DNA from: Antechinus flavipes
Lineage: Eukaryota
Direction: 5' to 3'
Assembly: GCF_016432865.1 (NCBI RefSeq)
Contig: NC_067403.1
Coordinates: 247,752,001-247,816,000 of the forward strand
DNA: 64,000 bases
Part shown: piece by piece, positions 62,592 through 64,000 of the stretch
How positions within the stretch are numbered: position 1 is the first letter of the stretch
Layout: every line of letters starts with the position of its first letter
Translations under genes and position numbers: made by a program
Notes under the pieces: model-generated
What the model was told of the DNA's origin: nothing
Seen by the model: the letters and a program-made list of their open reading frames with translations, nothing else
Databases searched by the model: none

Positions 62592-63554
62592 TCATGGAGT
62601 TTCAGAGGCTCCTTTGCGGCTCACAGATTTTTTGAGAGCACCTTTGACATCCTTGTTCCGTAGTGTGTAAATGAGAGGGTTTAGCAAGGGAGTAACAAAA
62701 GTATAGACCAAGGCAATCTGTCGATCCTCATCCTCTGAGGTGCTGGACCTGGGGCGTAAATAGACTAGGCTACAGCAGCCATATTGCAGCAGGACCACAG
62801 TGAGATGGGAAGAGCAAGTGGAGAAGGCTCGGCGGCGGCCCTCAGCTGAGCGGATGCGCAAGATGGTGGTGGTGATGAAGACGTAAGAGATGCAGATGAG
62901 CAGGAACGGGACAGTGAGAACAAGGATTCCTACCACATAGAGGACAGCCTGATGAATTTTGGTATCAGCACAGGCCAGGCGTAGGACAGGTGGCACATCA
63001 CAAAGGAAGTGGTTGATCTCCCTGTGGTGACCACAGAAGGGCAGGGTGAAAATCAGTGCTGTCAGCTGGAGAGAGAGAAAGAGAGCCAGACCCAGGGAGC
63101 CGACCACCATCTGGGTACAAAGCTTCTGAGTCATGATGAGGCTGTAGTGCAAAGGATGACAAATGGCCACATAGCGATCATAAGCCATGACAGCCAATAG
63201 GAAACAGTCAGTGCTGCCAAGGGTGACAAAAAAGAACATCTGAGCCCCACAACCAGCCAATGGGATGGGTTTCTGGGCTCCAAAGATGTTGGAGAGCATC
63301 AATGGTACCACAGTAGTGGTGTAACAGATCTCCAGGAAGGAGAGGTTGGACAGGAAGAAGTACATGGGGGTACGGAGGGAAGTATGGGTGCATACAACCC
63401 AGATGATAGCAGTGTTCCCACAGAGTATCATCATATAGAGGAGAAAAAAGAGAAGGAAGAGGAGGGCCTGGATTCGGGGGGAACTAGTGAACATCCGGAA
63501 TACAAATTCAGTAGGGCCAGATTGGTTGAGATAGATAAAGTTGGGTGGAACCAT
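62592..63554 (-). CDS. OR10Q1: Olfactory receptor OR10Q1-like, 320 aa, intact
   Basis: Likely start MVPPNF (ATG at 63554) after a NAGNAG acceptor (ctttag cag, 63560-63565). Near-identical to recalled human OR10Q1 segments (LCGNTAIIWVVCTH, FCGHHxEINHFLCDVPP, LRPRSSTSEDED). Confidence 0.95.
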   Translation of the reverse strand: MVPPNFIYLNQSGPTEFVFRMFTSSPRIQALLFLLFFLLYMMILCGNTAIIWVVCTHTSLRTPMYFFLSNLSFLEICYTTTVVPLMLSNIFGAQKPIPLAGCGAQMFFFVTLGSTDCFLLAVMAYDRYVAICHPLHYSLIMTQKLCTQMVVGSLGLALFLSLQLTALIFTLPFCGHHREINHFLCDVPPVLRLACADTKIHQAVLYVVGILVLTVPFLLICISYVFITTTILRIRSAEGRRRAFSTCSSHLTVVLLQYGCCSLVYLRPRSSTSEDEDRQIALVYTFVTPLLNPLIYTLRNKDVKGALKKSVSRKGASETP

Positions 63555-64000
63555 CTTATCTGCTAAAGAAAGCATAAAGAAAGGATGAGTTGCTGATTTA
63601 TCTAAATAAAACCAGAATCCAAAATGTCATTTTTATTGTTGCTCAGAATACACCGCAGTGAAAGTTAATTTACTTGAGGAGTTCTTTCTCTGTCCCTTCA
63701 GTAGAATGATAGGAACTGATTCTCCCTGATCACACCTTCCTCTACATCTTGGGGTAATCTCAGGCCATCACTGCTTGATGTCCCTATACCTACTCCTTCT
63801 CCCTTTTCTTCCATGAGAGTAGAGTTTCTTTATTCAAAGTGACTTCTTGGTTTGGAGACAAAATCTCATACGAGTGTAGATCTCATTTCCAAGTGGCTTT
63901 TTTTCTTTGCAAAATTATAAAGCTTAAAACTTTATTATATATAATATAATAATAAATAAAAATTAATAAAATCAATAATTAATAATAAAATTAACCTCAA

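Noticed and set aside
1-64000. CRISPR arrays, rRNA or intact tRNA genes
   Set aside because: None seen. The tRNA-like boxes all belong to SINE heads, and the window is mammalian nuclear DNA.

Overview
AT-rich mammalian DNA, almost certainly from an Australian marsupial and probably a dasyurid, judging by WSINE1-type and MAR1-type SINEs, marsupial L1 3' ends and an OposCharlie/OC1-type hAT MITE. It is part of an olfactory receptor cluster with four intact single-exon ORs: OR1S-like (-), OR9I1-like (+), OR10W1-like (-) and OR10Q1-like (-). From memory, these correspond to the human 11q12.1 cluster. In the middle is one class C GPCR gene with vomeronasal type-2 receptor (V2R) architecture on the + strand, 25958-45134. 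Its six exon types have coding lengths 230/292/825/228/124/908 nt and give an 868-aa protein. The gene carries two independent, gap-free internal tandem duplications with microhomology junctions. The first (~4.2 kb) duplicates exon 2. Including both copies, or neither, hits a TAA almost at once, so only single inclusion makes protein. The second (~3.7 kb) duplicates the 3' half of exon 4 plus exons 5 and 6. It gives two intact 7TM terminal exons, each with its own AATAAA, that differ by 11 synonymous and 5 nonsynonymous changes. The locus could therefore encode up to four receptor variants by mutually exclusive and alternative-last-exon splicing. Alternatively it could be a partly crippled gene or an assembly artefact; read-level and RNA data are needed to decide. 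Other features are two inverted repeats upstream of the V2R, an old local duplication flanking OR9I1, a solo LTR nested in an L1, and many L1/L2/L3/SINE fragments. Family names for genes and repeats come from recalled similarity, not database searches, and repeat boundaries are approximate unless target-site duplications are given.
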